A stretch of DNA of 56,769 nt from Phenylobacterium sp. (lineage in GTDB: Bacteria; Pseudomonadota; Alphaproteobacteria; Caulobacterales; Caulobacteraceae), in the NCBI RefSeq assembly GCF_030693805.1, contig NZ_JAUXZW010000179.1, forward strand, positions 1-56,769. Direction: 5' to 3'. A program made the position numbers and the translations under genes. How positions within the stretch are numbered: the first letter of the stretch is position 1; the number at the start of each line of letters is the position of its first letter. Under the pieces are notes generated by a model. It was given only the letters and a program-made list of their open reading frames with translations. It had not been told where the DNA came from and did no database searches. Below, one piece after another: positions 28,435-37,603 of the stretch.

Positions 28435-28492
28435 CTGGGCCTCCTCGCACAGTCGTAAGCGGCGACCATGCGAGTTTATGGTTAACGAGAGC

Positions 28493-28627
28493 CTAGTCGG
28501 CGGCTGCCGGCGCGCCGCCGCTAAACGCCTTGCGGGTCAGCCGGATGGCCGGGATCAGCAGCACGCTGAGCCATCCGGAGAGACGGAAGGTGTCGATCGT
28601 CGCCAGCAGATAGGCCTGGCCAACCCC
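28493..28627 (-). pseudogene. C-terminal remnant of a DHA2/EmrB-like MFS efflux permease
   Basis: The minus strand reads GVGQAYLLATIDTFRLSGWLSVLLIPAIRLTRKAFSGGAPAAAD*, which resembles the last TM and tail of DHA2 permeases. Confidence 0.6.
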
Positions 28628-28629
28628 TG

Positions 28630-28918
28630 ATGGACCACACGCGGCTAGCCGAATTCCTGGGTCAGGCGACCGCGCGCGGCGAACTGCGCCCGTGCAATCC
28701 GACGGCCGCCGCCGAGGCTGGGATGAGCATGACGACGATGGCGGTGGCCTGGGTGCTGTCCCACCCGGCGATCACCTCGGCGATCATCGGCGCGAGCCGG
28801 CCCGAGCAGCTCGCCGACAGCCTGGCCGCGGCCGAGACCGGCGTCTTTGTCCGCCGACCTCAAGGCCAAGCTCGACGCATTGACCCACCCGTGGCGCGCG
28901 GTCGACGCCGACCGCTAG
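28630..28918 (+). pseudogene. Chimeric remnant: TetR C-terminal fragment fused to a frameshifted aldo/keto reductase C-terminus
   Basis: RLAEFLGQATARGELRPCNPTAAAE (TetR_C-like), then MAVAWVLSHPAITSAIIGASRPEQLADSLAA (AKR). After a frameshift near 28845 it continues LSADLKAKLDALTHPWRAVDADR*. Confidence 0.7.
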
Positions 28919-28937
28919 CCGGCTAGCCGGCTAGCCG
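28914..28937. repeat. Tandem repeat (GCTAGCCG)x3, self-complementary
   Basis: Read directly as gctagccg gctagccg gctagccg at the junction of convergent reading frames. Confidence 0.9.
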
Positions 28938-30490
28938 CACGTGAAGCTCGCCGCGCTATTGGGGTCGCCGCCCTTGTAGCGCGGCAGAGCCGGGTACTGG
29001 CACATCGGGCGCGAGCGACGTGGCGCAGCGCCCTCCGGATCGCTGGCGACGAGCTGTGAGGGCGCCTCGCCCCTCTCGACCCAGGCCTCGAGCGCCGACA
29101 ACGCATCGAACCGCCCCGGACCCGCGCCGCCGCCGCAGTGGGAGACGCCCACGGCGGTGAACAGCCGCGTGCGATCCGCCACCTCGATCTTGCTGGCGCC
29201 CGCCTTGAGTTGCACGTCGGTCACCCGGCGCATCGCCTCGAAGTAGTCGTAGGTCGAACGCGCCGGAATCAGCTGGTCGTAGGTCCCGGTCCACATCAGC
29301 AGCTTGCCGCCGCGGCGCATGAACGGCGAGATGTCCGGGTTCTCGCTGTAGATCAGCACGTTGGAGAGGGCGTTCCGCTCGCCGGCGTAGTTGGCCACCG
29401 GATCGTTCTTGGAGAGGTCGAGGTCGGCGTCGCGCTCCAGGCCGGCCGCCTGGTGGTGCATGCCCCAGACATACTGGATGTCGCGCGTCGGCGTGACGAA
29501 GAAGTCGTAGGAACTCAGCTCCGATCCCTTGGGCAGCCCGAAGGTCACCAACGTGCCGTCCGCCGCGTGATGATCCTGATAGACCGTGCGCACGCCCGCC
29601 ACCTGGGCGGGGGTCAGGCAGGCGTCGCCGGACCGGCCGGGCTTGCAGGCCAGCACCTTGGGGTCCCAGGCGCACTTCAGCGGTTCGGTGACCAGGCCGT
29701 CCTTCAGGCCGTCGTTCGCATCGCACGCCGCCAGCACCGAGTCGTTGATCAACGAGATCTGCGCCTTCGAGGGCTTCGACGCGGGATCGGCGAAGGCGCG
29801 GCCGGCCATGATCATGCTGGCCAAGGGTCGGTTGGCGAAGGCCGGCGCCCCGGCGATGACGCCCTCATAGTCCTCGGGGTAGCGCTGCACCGAGGCGAGC
29901 GCCTGGCGTCCGCCGGTCGAACACCCCTGGAAATAAGCATGCTCGGGCGCGCGACCGTAGTGGGCGGCCGCCACCTGCTTGCCGACCACCGCCGTCCAGT
30001 GGACGGCGCGGTAGGCGAAGTCCTCCAAAGCCTGGACGTTCGCCTCGCCGTTCGGCAGCGCGGCCCAGGTGTTGTCGCGAGAATCGGCACTCGGATGTCC
30101 GGCGTCGGTCTGCAGCGTCGCGTAGCCGCGGGCGAGATAGCTGATCGCGCCAGAGTCGCCTTCGAGGCGCACATTGCCGGCCTTCCCGCCGCCGCCGATG
30201 CCGATCACCTTGCCGTTCCAGCGCTCGGGCATGCGGAACACCACGCCGATCTTCGAACCCGCAACCGGCGAGACCTCGCCAACCACCTCGCAGAAGGCCT
30301 GCGACTCGCCCGCCGATTTGAGGGCCGCCTCCAGAACCTTGGTCTTGGGGAACCGCCCTGGCTGCGCCAGCGCCGAACAGGCTGCGGCCGCATCGGCGGC
30401 GATCGCGTGGTCGCCGCGGTTGAGCGCGGGCGCGAACGAAGCCGTCGTGGCCGCAAGGCCCGCAAGCGCCCAGATCATGGCTCGGCCCAT
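28931..30490 (-). CDS. Tannase/feruloyl esterase family alpha/beta hydrolase, secreted
   Basis: Signal peptide, TDAGH, GCSTGGRQ nucleophile, CDANDGLKDG, GGKLLMW.G..D, GVSHCGGG and RPMCQYP. Confidence 0.92.
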   Translation of the reverse strand: MGRAMIWALAGLAATTASFAPALNRGDHAIAADAAAACSALAQPGRFPKTKVLEAALKSAGESQAFCEVVGEVSPVAGSKIGVVFRMPERWNGKVIGIGGGGKAGNVRLEGDSGAISYLARGYATLQTDAGHPSADSRDNTWAALPNGEANVQALEDFAYRAVHWTAVVGKQVAAAHYGRAPEHAYFQGCSTGGRQALASVQRYPEDYEGVIAGAPAFANRPLASMIMAGRAFADPASKPSKAQISLINDSVLAACDANDGLKDGLVTEPLKCAWDPKVLACKPGRSGDACLTPAQVAGVRTVYQDHHAADGTLVTFGLPKGSELSSYDFFVTPTRDIQYVWGMHHQAAGLERDADLDLSKNDPVANYAGERNALSNVLIYSENPDISPFMRRGGKLLMWTGTYDQLIPARSTYDYFEAMRRVTDVQLKAGASKIEVADRTRLFTAVGVSHCGGGAGPGRFDALSALEAWVERGEAPSQLVASDPEGAAPRRSRPMCQYPALPRYKGGDPNSAASFTCG

Positions 30491-30566
30491 GGTCGACGTC
30501 CCCCTGTCTTGGCCGGGCGTTCGCCGGCCTTTGCTGAAGCTTAGCGCCGCACCTGCCGAGCGGCAA

Positions 30567-31835
30567 TCAAACGCCGGTCGGCGGGACCGCGGCGACGGCA
30601 CGCCTGCGGCCGGGGAACGAGGCCAGCAGGGCTACCGCCACCGCGCCGCTGACCACGATCGCGCCGGCCAGCAGGAAGGCGGCGTTGAAGTCGCCGGTCG
30701 ATTTGATGATCACCCCGGTGATGATCGGCGCGGAGATGCCGGCGACGTTGGCCACGAACACCAGATAGCCGGCGACCGAGCCGATGTGGCGCTCAGGCGT
30801 CGTCGCCACCGCAAGCGCGGTGTAGCTGGCGGCGGTCAGGTACATGAAGAAGATCGCCGCCCCCATCAGCGTCAGGGCCGAGAACGGCGTGCGGAACTGC
30901 GGCGCCAGCGCCACGCAGACCGCGGCGACGGCCAGGCCGCCGACGATCATCAGCTTGCGGGCCAGGATCTCGTTCTTCAGCAGCCGCGAGAGCATGTCGG
31001 ACAAGTAGCCGCCCGCCACAAGTCCCAGGGCGCCGGCGCCCCACGGCGCGGCGGTCGCCAGGCTCATGTGCGCCAGGTCCATATGCAGGCTTTTGGACAG
31101 GTAGCTGGGGAACCAGGACAGGAAGAAATACAGCAGGTAGCCGTAGGCGAAGAAGCCGGCGGCGCTGGCCACCACCGCCGGGTGGGCGATGGATCCCCAC
31201 AATGTCTGGCCGGGGTTGATGGTGCTGCGCGCGACCGGCGCCGGCGGGGCGTCGGCGTCGACTTCGGGTTCCTGCGGACGGTCGCGGGCCAGCAGCATCC
31301 AGGCGACCAGCCACACCAGACCGATGGCGCCGACTGCGACAAAGGCCGCGCGCCAACCGGCGGCGACCGCGATGACGCCGACAATCGGCCCGGCGACCGC
31401 TCCGCCCAGCGGCTGGCCGGCGCTCGCCAAGCCGTAGGCGCCTGCGTAGCGCCTCGAGCCGAACCAGGAGTAGGTCATTTTGCTGGTGGCCGGCGTGAAC
31501 GGCGCCTCGCCGACGCCGAACACGAACCGCACGCCTAGCAGGGCGAGCAAGCTGTTGACCGCACCGGTCAGCGCACAGAACACCGACCAGATCAGCATCG
31601 CCACGCCCAGCACGCGCCGGGGTCCGAAGCGGTCCGTCAGCCACCCGCCGACGACGGTGAACAGCGTATACCCAATGGAGAAGAAGCTGAGCGCCAGGCC
31701 CAGCTCGGCGGGGTCCAGATCCAGGTCTTGCTGGATCATCGGCGCCAGCACGCCGAACACCGCGCGATCCATGTAGCCGATCAGCGCGCCTGAAAAGATC
31801 AGGCCAAGCAGTAGCCACTCCTTGGCCTTGTACAT
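30567..31835 (-). CDS. MFS transporter (ACS-like family)
   Basis: YMDR, GGWLTDRFGPRR, GVGEAP, GWR and WFPSYL motifs. ATG at 31835. Confidence 0.9.
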   Translation of the reverse strand: MYKAKEWLLLGLIFSGALIGYMDRAVFGVLAPMIQQDLDLDPAELGLALSFFSIGYTLFTVVGGWLTDRFGPRRVLGVAMLIWSVFCALTGAVNSLLALLGVRFVFGVGEAPFTPATSKMTYSWFGSRRYAGAYGLASAGQPLGGAVAGPIVGVIAVAAGWRAAFVAVGAIGLVWLVAWMLLARDRPQEPEVDADAPPAPVARSTINPGQTLWGSIAHPAVVASAAGFFAYGYLLYFFLSWFPSYLSKSLHMDLAHMSLATAAPWGAGALGLVAGGYLSDMLSRLLKNEILARKLMIVGGLAVAAVCVALAPQFRTPFSALTLMGAAIFFMYLTAASYTALAVATTPERHIGSVAGYLVFVANVAGISAPIITGVIIKSTGDFNAAFLLAGAIVVSGAVAVALLASFPGRRRAVAAVPPTGV

Positions 31836-32183
31836 CGGTGTCCCGCCCCGTCGTTTCTTGTCTTTGCCGTCCAGCTTATACGCGGGCGGCGCAGTCGCGC
31901 GACAGCGTGATCGCCACGCGGCGACGCCGCCTGCGCCGGCATCGACCGCGTCAACGCCGCCATCGCTGGCCCGCTGGCGGCTGACCTCCACCCGGATCGA
32001 TCTGGCCGACGACGGATCGGCCCGCATCCGTCGTAACGTCGTCAAGGGCGCCGCATAGCCGGCGCCTCGCGCTTCGCCGTCACCTGTGTAACAAGCCACC
32101 GCGGCGCGGCCCGGGGCCTTCATATCCCTGGCGCGGCGCAAGGAAGGCGCCGGAGGCGACGAGCGCCTGCAGGGGGGATCGGC

Positions 32184-33068
32184 ATGGCGGGCGCACCGGT
32201 GCGCAGGATCGGTCTTGGGATCACCTTCCGGCTGGCCGCGGTGGTCGCCTTCGGCTTCATGGCCGTGCTGGTCAAGCTGTGCGCCGAGCGCGGCGTGAAC
32301 ACTTTCGAGATCGTGTTCTTCCGCAACGCCTTCGCCTTCATCCCGATCGTCATCACCATCCTGTCGAGCGGCGGGTTCGGCATGCTGCGCACCTCCAGGC
32401 CCGGCTCCCATGCGATCCGCTCGATCTTGGGCGTCACGGGCATGGTCTGCGGCTTCGCCGCCATGGGCATGCTGCCGCTGACCGAGTTCACGGCGATCAT
32501 GTTCTGCACGCCGCTGCTGGTCACCGCACTCTCCGCGCCGGTGCTGCGCGAGAAGGTCAGCGGGCATCAGTGGGGCGCGGTCATCGTCGGCTTCTGCGGC
32601 ATGCTGATTCTGGTGCGCCCCGATCCAGTCCACATGGCCAGCATCGGCGTCGCGCTGGCTCTTCTCCAAGTGGCCGGCTCGGCCGGCGCCATGCTGGCGA
32701 TCCGTCAGCTCGGCAGCACGGAGTCAGGCCCGACCATCGCCTTCTATTTCACCGTGGCCGCCACGCTCGTCGGCCTGGTCGCCCTGCCGTTCGTCTGGAC
32801 CACGCCGGACAGGCTGACCTTGCTCTACTTGGTGCTGATGGGGGTAGCGGGCGGTATCGGGCAGTTGCTGCTGACCCAGGCCTATCGCCTGGCGCCGGCG
32901 GCGATCGTCGCTCCGTTCGACTACGCGACCCTGCTTTGGAACGGCCTGCTGGGCTTCCTCGTGTGGAACGAGCTGCCGCGTGTCACCACGGTGATCGGCG
33001 GTCTCGTGGTGATGGCCAGCGGTCTCTACGTCATCCTGCGCGAGACCCGCAAACCCTCCGCGACCTGA
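32184..33068 (+). CDS. DMT/EamA family transporter
   Basis: EIVFFRN, LREKV...W, APAAIVAPFDY and ten hydrophobic segments. Confidence 0.9.
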   Translation: MAGAPVRRIGLGITFRLAAVVAFGFMAVLVKLCAERGVNTFEIVFFRNAFAFIPIVITILSSGGFGMLRTSRPGSHAIRSILGVTGMVCGFAAMGMLPLTEFTAIMFCTPLLVTALSAPVLREKVSGHQWGAVIVGFCGMLILVRPDPVHMASIGVALALLQVAGSAGAMLAIRQLGSTESGPTIAFYFTVAATLVGLVALPFVWTTPDRLTLLYLVLMGVAGGIGQLLLTQAYRLAPAAIVAPFDYATLLWNGLLGFLVWNELPRVTTVIGGLVVMASGLYVILRETRKPSAT

Positions 33069-33296
33069 GCCAGCCGTGGCGCGGGACGCGGTGAACCTGT
33101 GCGGCCGCGGCGACGCAGCGGGACGGAGGGCGGTGGGGAGACCCTCGGCTGCGGCGCGACGCCATGGATGGAGGCCTGTTGCGGCCCAACTAGGGCGCTG
33201 CGGTATCGCCTCTGTATCGCTTGTGACGACGATGATTCCGAACCGCAACACAGCGGCCTCAATCGCGGCGCGGTCTGCGCGCGAAGGAGATCGCCC

Positions 33297-33845
33297 ATGG
33301 GACCCCGCATCGCCCTGGCGCTGAGCCTCGCCGCCGCCCTGGCGTCCGGTCCAGCGCTCGCCGACGACGTGCCCTCGATCCCCGCCAGCGTCGCGCCCTC
33401 CAGCGTCTCCGATCAGATCGACGCCTACTTGAGGTCATCACCCGCCCTCATCTTGCCGCAGGACAAGACTCCGGGCGCGGTCTCGTCGGCCACGCCGCGC
33501 AAGCTGCACGGGGAGGTCAGCCTCGGCGTCGGCTCGAACGGCTATCGCAGCCTGTACGCACGCACCGACTTCCCGGTCCGCGAGAGCAGCCTGCTGAGTG
33601 TGGCGATCGAGAAGTCCAGCTTCGACGGGCGCTTCGGATCACGGCGCATCCAGGCCCTGGGCCTGTCGTTCGGCTCCGGCGATGCAGTGACCTCGTCACA
33701 GGATCGGAGCTGCGCACCCGATCGCGCCGGCTGGCGGGTGGCCCCGGGACCTGGACCCGGCTTCGCTCGCGCCGCGAGGTGCTACGACGACATGCCCGCC
33801 GGCGGATCTGGCCCGAGGCCTGGACGCGCCGGCTGGCGGCGCTGA
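33297..33845 (+). CDS. Secreted hypothetical protein
   Basis: AAGGAG SD, signal peptide ending ALA-DD, and a conserved-looking HGEVSLGVGSNGYR beta-rich segment. Confidence 0.6.
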   Translation: MGPRIALALSLAAALASGPALADDVPSIPASVAPSSVSDQIDAYLRSSPALILPQDKTPGAVSSATPRKLHGEVSLGVGSNGYRSLYARTDFPVRESSLLSVAIEKSSFDGRFGSRRIQALGLSFGSGDAVTSSQDRSCAPDRAGWRVAPGPGPGFARAARCYDDMPAGGSGPRPGRAGWRR

Positions 33846-33951
33846 TCCCCACGGCCTGTTTCAGGTTGGTGTCTTCAGCGTCTCACCGCCCGACATTCTG
33901 CTGGACAGGTCGCATGCGAGATTGAAGGCCGCAAAACAGACAGGAGCCTTC

Positions 33952-34482
33952 ATGTCCCGCCGCTACCTTCTGACCATCGCGCCGCTCACCATCGCGCTCG
34001 CGCTCGGCGCCGTCTCCGCCCAGGCGCAGGACGAGCCCCGGCCCGACCGCACGCCCGCCGCCATGCAGGCGATGCACGACGCGCGCGAACGTCAACGCGC
34101 CCAGGACCTGAAGACCGTCCTTCGCCTGCGCCCCGACCAAGAAGCTGCGCTGTCCCCGCTGATGGCCGCCCACGACCGCCCGACGCCGGGCGAACGGATG
34201 GATATGCGCCGGCGAATGGGCGAGCCCGGGCCGTTGACGACGCCGGAACGGATCGACCGCATGGGCAAACGTGACGCGGAGCGCAGTCAGCGGGCCGAAG
34301 GTGCGCGCCGCGCCTTGACCACGTTCTACGCCACGCTCAGCGCTGATCAGAAGCAGGTGTTCGACGCGCTGATGCGCCTGCACGGCCCAGAAGGCGGCAT
34401 GGGCGGCGGCATGCATGGCGGGCGCGCGATGATGGGTGGCCCGGACGGCGGCCACATGAGCCACGGCGACCCGCCACGATGA
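33952..34482 (+). CDS. Spy/CpxP (LTXXQ) family periplasmic chaperone
   Basis: Signal peptide, LRLRPDQ and LSADQKQVFD motifs, TTPER, FYATL and a Gly/Met/His-rich tail. Confidence 0.8.
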   Translation: MSRRYLLTIAPLTIALALGAVSAQAQDEPRPDRTPAAMQAMHDARERQRAQDLKTVLRLRPDQEAALSPLMAAHDRPTPGERMDMRRRMGEPGPLTTPERIDRMGKRDAERSQRAEGARRALTTFYATLSADQKQVFDALMRLHGPEGGMGGGMHGGRAMMGGPDGGHMSHGDPPR

Positions 34483-34556
34483 GCATCGCCGCCGCGCAAG
34501 GAGAATTTGGCGAAGTCGCTATGACCGCGCCACAGTTCCTCGACAGAGGAGTCTCC

Positions 34557-35288
34557 ATGATCCCCGCCCCGCCGGTGCTCCCCGCGCGCCACATCCTGGT
34601 GGTCGACGACGACAACCAGTTGCGCGAGCAGATCGCCAGCTACCTGGGGGACTATGGCTATCAACTCCACGCCGCAGCGGACGCGCGCGCCATGGAGCAG
34701 GTGCTGAGCGCCTCGCCGATCGACCTGGTGATCCTCGACCTGATGCTGCCCGGAGAAGACGGGTTGTCGATCTGCCGGCGGTTATCGTCCGAAGGTGGGC
34801 CGGCGATCATCATGCTCAGCGCCATGGGCGAGGAGGTTGACCGCGTGCTGGGCCTGGAGCTGGGCGCCGACGACTATCTCGCCAAGCCCTGCAGCCCACG
34901 GGAGCTGCTGGCCCGGGTGCGCGCGGTGTTCCGGCGACTGGACGAGGTGCGCGGCGGCGCGCCCAAGCGCGGCAAGGCCTACCAGTTCCAGGGCTTCGTG
35001 GTCGACGCCCAGCGCCGCCAGCTCCGCGCCCCGAACGGCGCGGCCATCCTGCTGACCTCCGGCGAGTATTCGCTGCTCAGCGCTTTCCTCGAGCACCCAC
35101 AGCGCATCCTGTCGCGGGACCAGTTGCTGGACATCGCCCGCGGCCACGAGGTCGATGTGTTCGACCGCGCGGTGGACGTGCAGATCAGCCGGCTGCGCCG
35201 CAAGCTCCATGCCTGCGCCGACGAAGAGATCATCAAGACCGTGCGCGGCGCCGGCTACATGTTCGACGCCAAGGTCACCCGCGGATGA
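34557..35288 (+). CDS. OmpR-family response regulator
   Basis: ILVVDDD, LDLMLPGEDG, GADDYLAKP and winged helix DRAVDVQISRLRRK..TVRGAGY. AGGAG precedes ATG 34557; alternative start 34479. Confidence 0.93.
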   Translation: MIPAPPVLPARHILVVDDDNQLREQIASYLGDYGYQLHAAADARAMEQVLSASPIDLVILDLMLPGEDGLSICRRLSSEGGPAIIMLSAMGEEVDRVLGLELGADDYLAKPCSPRELLARVRAVFRRLDEVRGGAPKRGKAYQFQGFVVDAQRRQLRAPNGAAILLTSGEYSLLSAFLEHPQRILSRDQLLDIARGHEVDVFDRAVDVQISRLRRKLHACADEEIIKTVRGAGYMFDAKVTRG

Positions 35289-36676
35289 TCAACGGCCGGC
35301 CCGGCCGGCTGGGCGCGCCGATCGGCCTGCAACTGACCGGCCTGTTGATCGCGGTGCTGGTCATCGCGCACCTTGTCAGCTTCGCCGTCATCCTGCTGAC
35401 GCCGCCTCCGCATCCGCCGATGTACCGGGTGGACGAGGTCGCCGCAGCGCTGGAGGGCGGGTCGCTGTCGGCGCGCTACGGCCGCCCGATGGTCCGCAGC
35501 GAGAGTGCCGCCTTGCCGGAGGAATTCGCCCACGGACGCGGCGCCAGGCCTGGCGCAGGAGCCCTGGCCCTCGCACTGGGACGGCCGCGCGGTGAGGTGC
35601 GCCTGAGTACGCGCGCGCCGTTCGAGGTGGGCCGCTTCGGACGCCCCCCTGATCCGCACAGGATGTTCGGCCCGCCACCCGACGGGCACATGCGGCCTCC
35701 GCGGGCCATGCGCGGCATGCGCATGGGCGGCGAGGCGCCGATCTTCGGAGACTTCATCGCCGCGGTGCAGCGCCCCGGCGGCGGCTGGACGGTAGTGCGA
35801 TCCAGTCCCGAGCCGTTCCCGACCGAGTGGCAGAAGCGCGGGCTGATGTGGCTGCTGGCGAGCCTGGCGGTGGTGGGCCTCTCGGCCTACCTGTTCGCGC
35901 GCCGGATCACCGCCCCGCTGAAGCGCTTCTCACAGGCCGCCGAGCAGCTCGGACGCAATCCGCAGGGACCGCAGATGACCCTGACCGGCCCCGCCGAGAT
36001 CGGCGTGGCGGCCGAGGCGTTCAATGGCATGCAGGCGAGGCTCAAGCGCTACATCGACGACCGCACGGCGATGGTTGGCGCGATCTCGCATGACCTGCGC
36101 ACGCCGCTGGCGCGCATCCGCTTCAGGGTCGAGTCCGCGCCGGGCGACCTGCGCGCCCAGGTGCTGTCCGACGTCGCCCAGATGGAGCACATGATCGGCG
36201 GCGTGCTGGCCTTCATCCGCAACGAAGGCGAACCCCAGCGGCACGAGCCGCTCGACCTGCTGTCGGTGGTCGAATGCGTCGTCGACGATGCGGCCATGGT
36301 CGGCGCCGACGTGGAGATCGCCAGCGGGCGTCCGGTGATGGTCGACGGCGACGCAGCCGCCCTGCAGCGGTTGTTCGTCAACCTGGTGGAGAACGCCGTG
36401 CGCTACGGCGCTCAGGCGCGCATCGATGTCGGCCGCGAGGGCGACAACGCCGTGGTGGTCGTGTCCGACCGCGGCGAGGGACTGTCGGAGGAAGACCTGG
36501 AGCGGGTGTTCCAGCCGTTCTACCGCGCCGACGCCTCGCGCAATCTGGACACCGGCGGCATCGGCCTGAGCCTGGCGATCGCGCGCTCCACGGCGCGGGC
36601 GCACGGCGGCGACATCACCCTGTCGAACGGCGAGAACGGCCTGCGCGCCACGGTGACCCTGCCGGCGTCGGGATGA
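35285..36676 (+). CDS. Sensor histidine kinase (HAMP-HisKA-HATPase)
   Basis: Two TMs, HAMP, ISHDLRTPL, NLVENAVRY, DRGEG, PFYR and GGIGLSL. ATGA overlap with the response regulator. Confidence 0.93.
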   Translation: MINGRPGRLGAPIGLQLTGLLIAVLVIAHLVSFAVILLTPPPHPPMYRVDEVAAALEGGSLSARYGRPMVRSESAALPEEFAHGRGARPGAGALALALGRPRGEVRLSTRAPFEVGRFGRPPDPHRMFGPPPDGHMRPPRAMRGMRMGGEAPIFGDFIAAVQRPGGGWTVVRSSPEPFPTEWQKRGLMWLLASLAVVGLSAYLFARRITAPLKRFSQAAEQLGRNPQGPQMTLTGPAEIGVAAEAFNGMQARLKRYIDDRTAMVGAISHDLRTPLARIRFRVESAPGDLRAQVLSDVAQMEHMIGGVLAFIRNEGEPQRHEPLDLLSVVECVVDDAAMVGADVEIASGRPVMVDGDAAALQRLFVNLVENAVRYGAQARIDVGREGDNAVVVVSDRGEGLSEEDLERVFQPFYRADASRNLDTGGIGLSLAIARSTARAHGGDITLSNGENGLRATVTLPASG

Positions 36677-36682
36677 GGCGCG

Positions 36683-37603
36683 CTAACCCGCCAGCCGGGC
36701 GATCCGGTCGGCCGCGTCGGTGACGCGCCGTGCGGTGCGCACAGTGGCGACGTCGACCATCTCGCCTTCGAAGCGGATGGCGCCGACGCCGGCCTTCAGC
36801 GCCTCGTCGTAGGCCGACTGCATGCGCCGCGAGCGTTCGACCGCCGCAGGGTCGGGAGAGAAGCAGCGTTGCGCGACTTCCACCTGATCGGGATGCAGCG
36901 CCCATTTGCCGACGCAGCCCAGCGCCAGGGCGCGGCGGCATTCCTCCTCGAAAGTTTCCCGATTGCCGATGTCCGAGAACGGTCCGTCGACCATGTCCAG
37001 GCCGTTGGCGCGGGCGGCGACGATCATCCGGTTGCGCGCGTAGTGCCAAAGGTCGCCTGGATAGGCGCTGCGCCCCACCGCGCCCAGCGGGTCCATGTTC
37101 TGCGACGCCGAATAGTCGACCATGCCCAGCACGATCGCCTCGAGCCGATCGGTTGCGGCAACGATGGCGTCGAGGTTGTGCATGCCCTCGACCTCCTCGA
37201 TGAGGATCTCCAGCCCGATGCGCCTGGTTCGCCCAGCCCTCGACTCAAGATGGGTCAGCAGCAGGTCGAAGAAGGCCATGTCGGCGGCGGTGCGGATCTT
37301 CGGCAGCATCAGGGTGTCGAGGTTGTCGCCGGCGCCCTCGAACACCGCCAGCACGTCGTCCAGCACCCAGGGCGAGGTAATGTCGTTGACCCGCACGCAA
37401 CGGGTCTTGCGGCCCCAGTCGAGGGTGTTCAGCGCATGCACCACCTTGCTGCGGGCCGCCGCCTTCTCCGCTGGCGCGACCGCGTCCTCCAGGTCGAGGA
37501 ACACATGGTCCACGTCCAGGCCCGCGGCCTTCTCCATCATCCGCGCGTTGCTGCCGGGGACGGAAAGCTGACAGCGCCGCAGCCGGTCCGGCCGCGCGCT
37601 CAC
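36683..37603 (-). CDS. CitE/malyl-CoA lyase-like CoA ester lyase (HpcH/HpaI-citrate lyase family)
   Basis: LSVPGS, FLDLEDAV, VRVN, LPK, DGPF and GKWALHPDQ motifs. The GTG start overlaps the ACAD stop. Confidence 0.9.
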   Translation of the reverse strand: MSARPDRLRRCQLSVPGSNARMMEKAAGLDVDHVFLDLEDAVAPAEKAAARSKVVHALNTLDWGRKTRCVRVNDITSPWVLDDVLAVFEGAGDNLDTLMLPKIRTAADMAFFDLLLTHLESRAGRTRRIGLEILIEEVEGMHNLDAIVAATDRLEAIVLGMVDYSASQNMDPLGAVGRSAYPGDLWHYARNRMIVAARANGLDMVDGPFSDIGNRETFEEECRRALALGCVGKWALHPDQVEVAQRCFSPDPAAVERSRRMQSAYDEALKAGVGAIRFEGEMVDVATVRTARRVTDAADRIARLAG

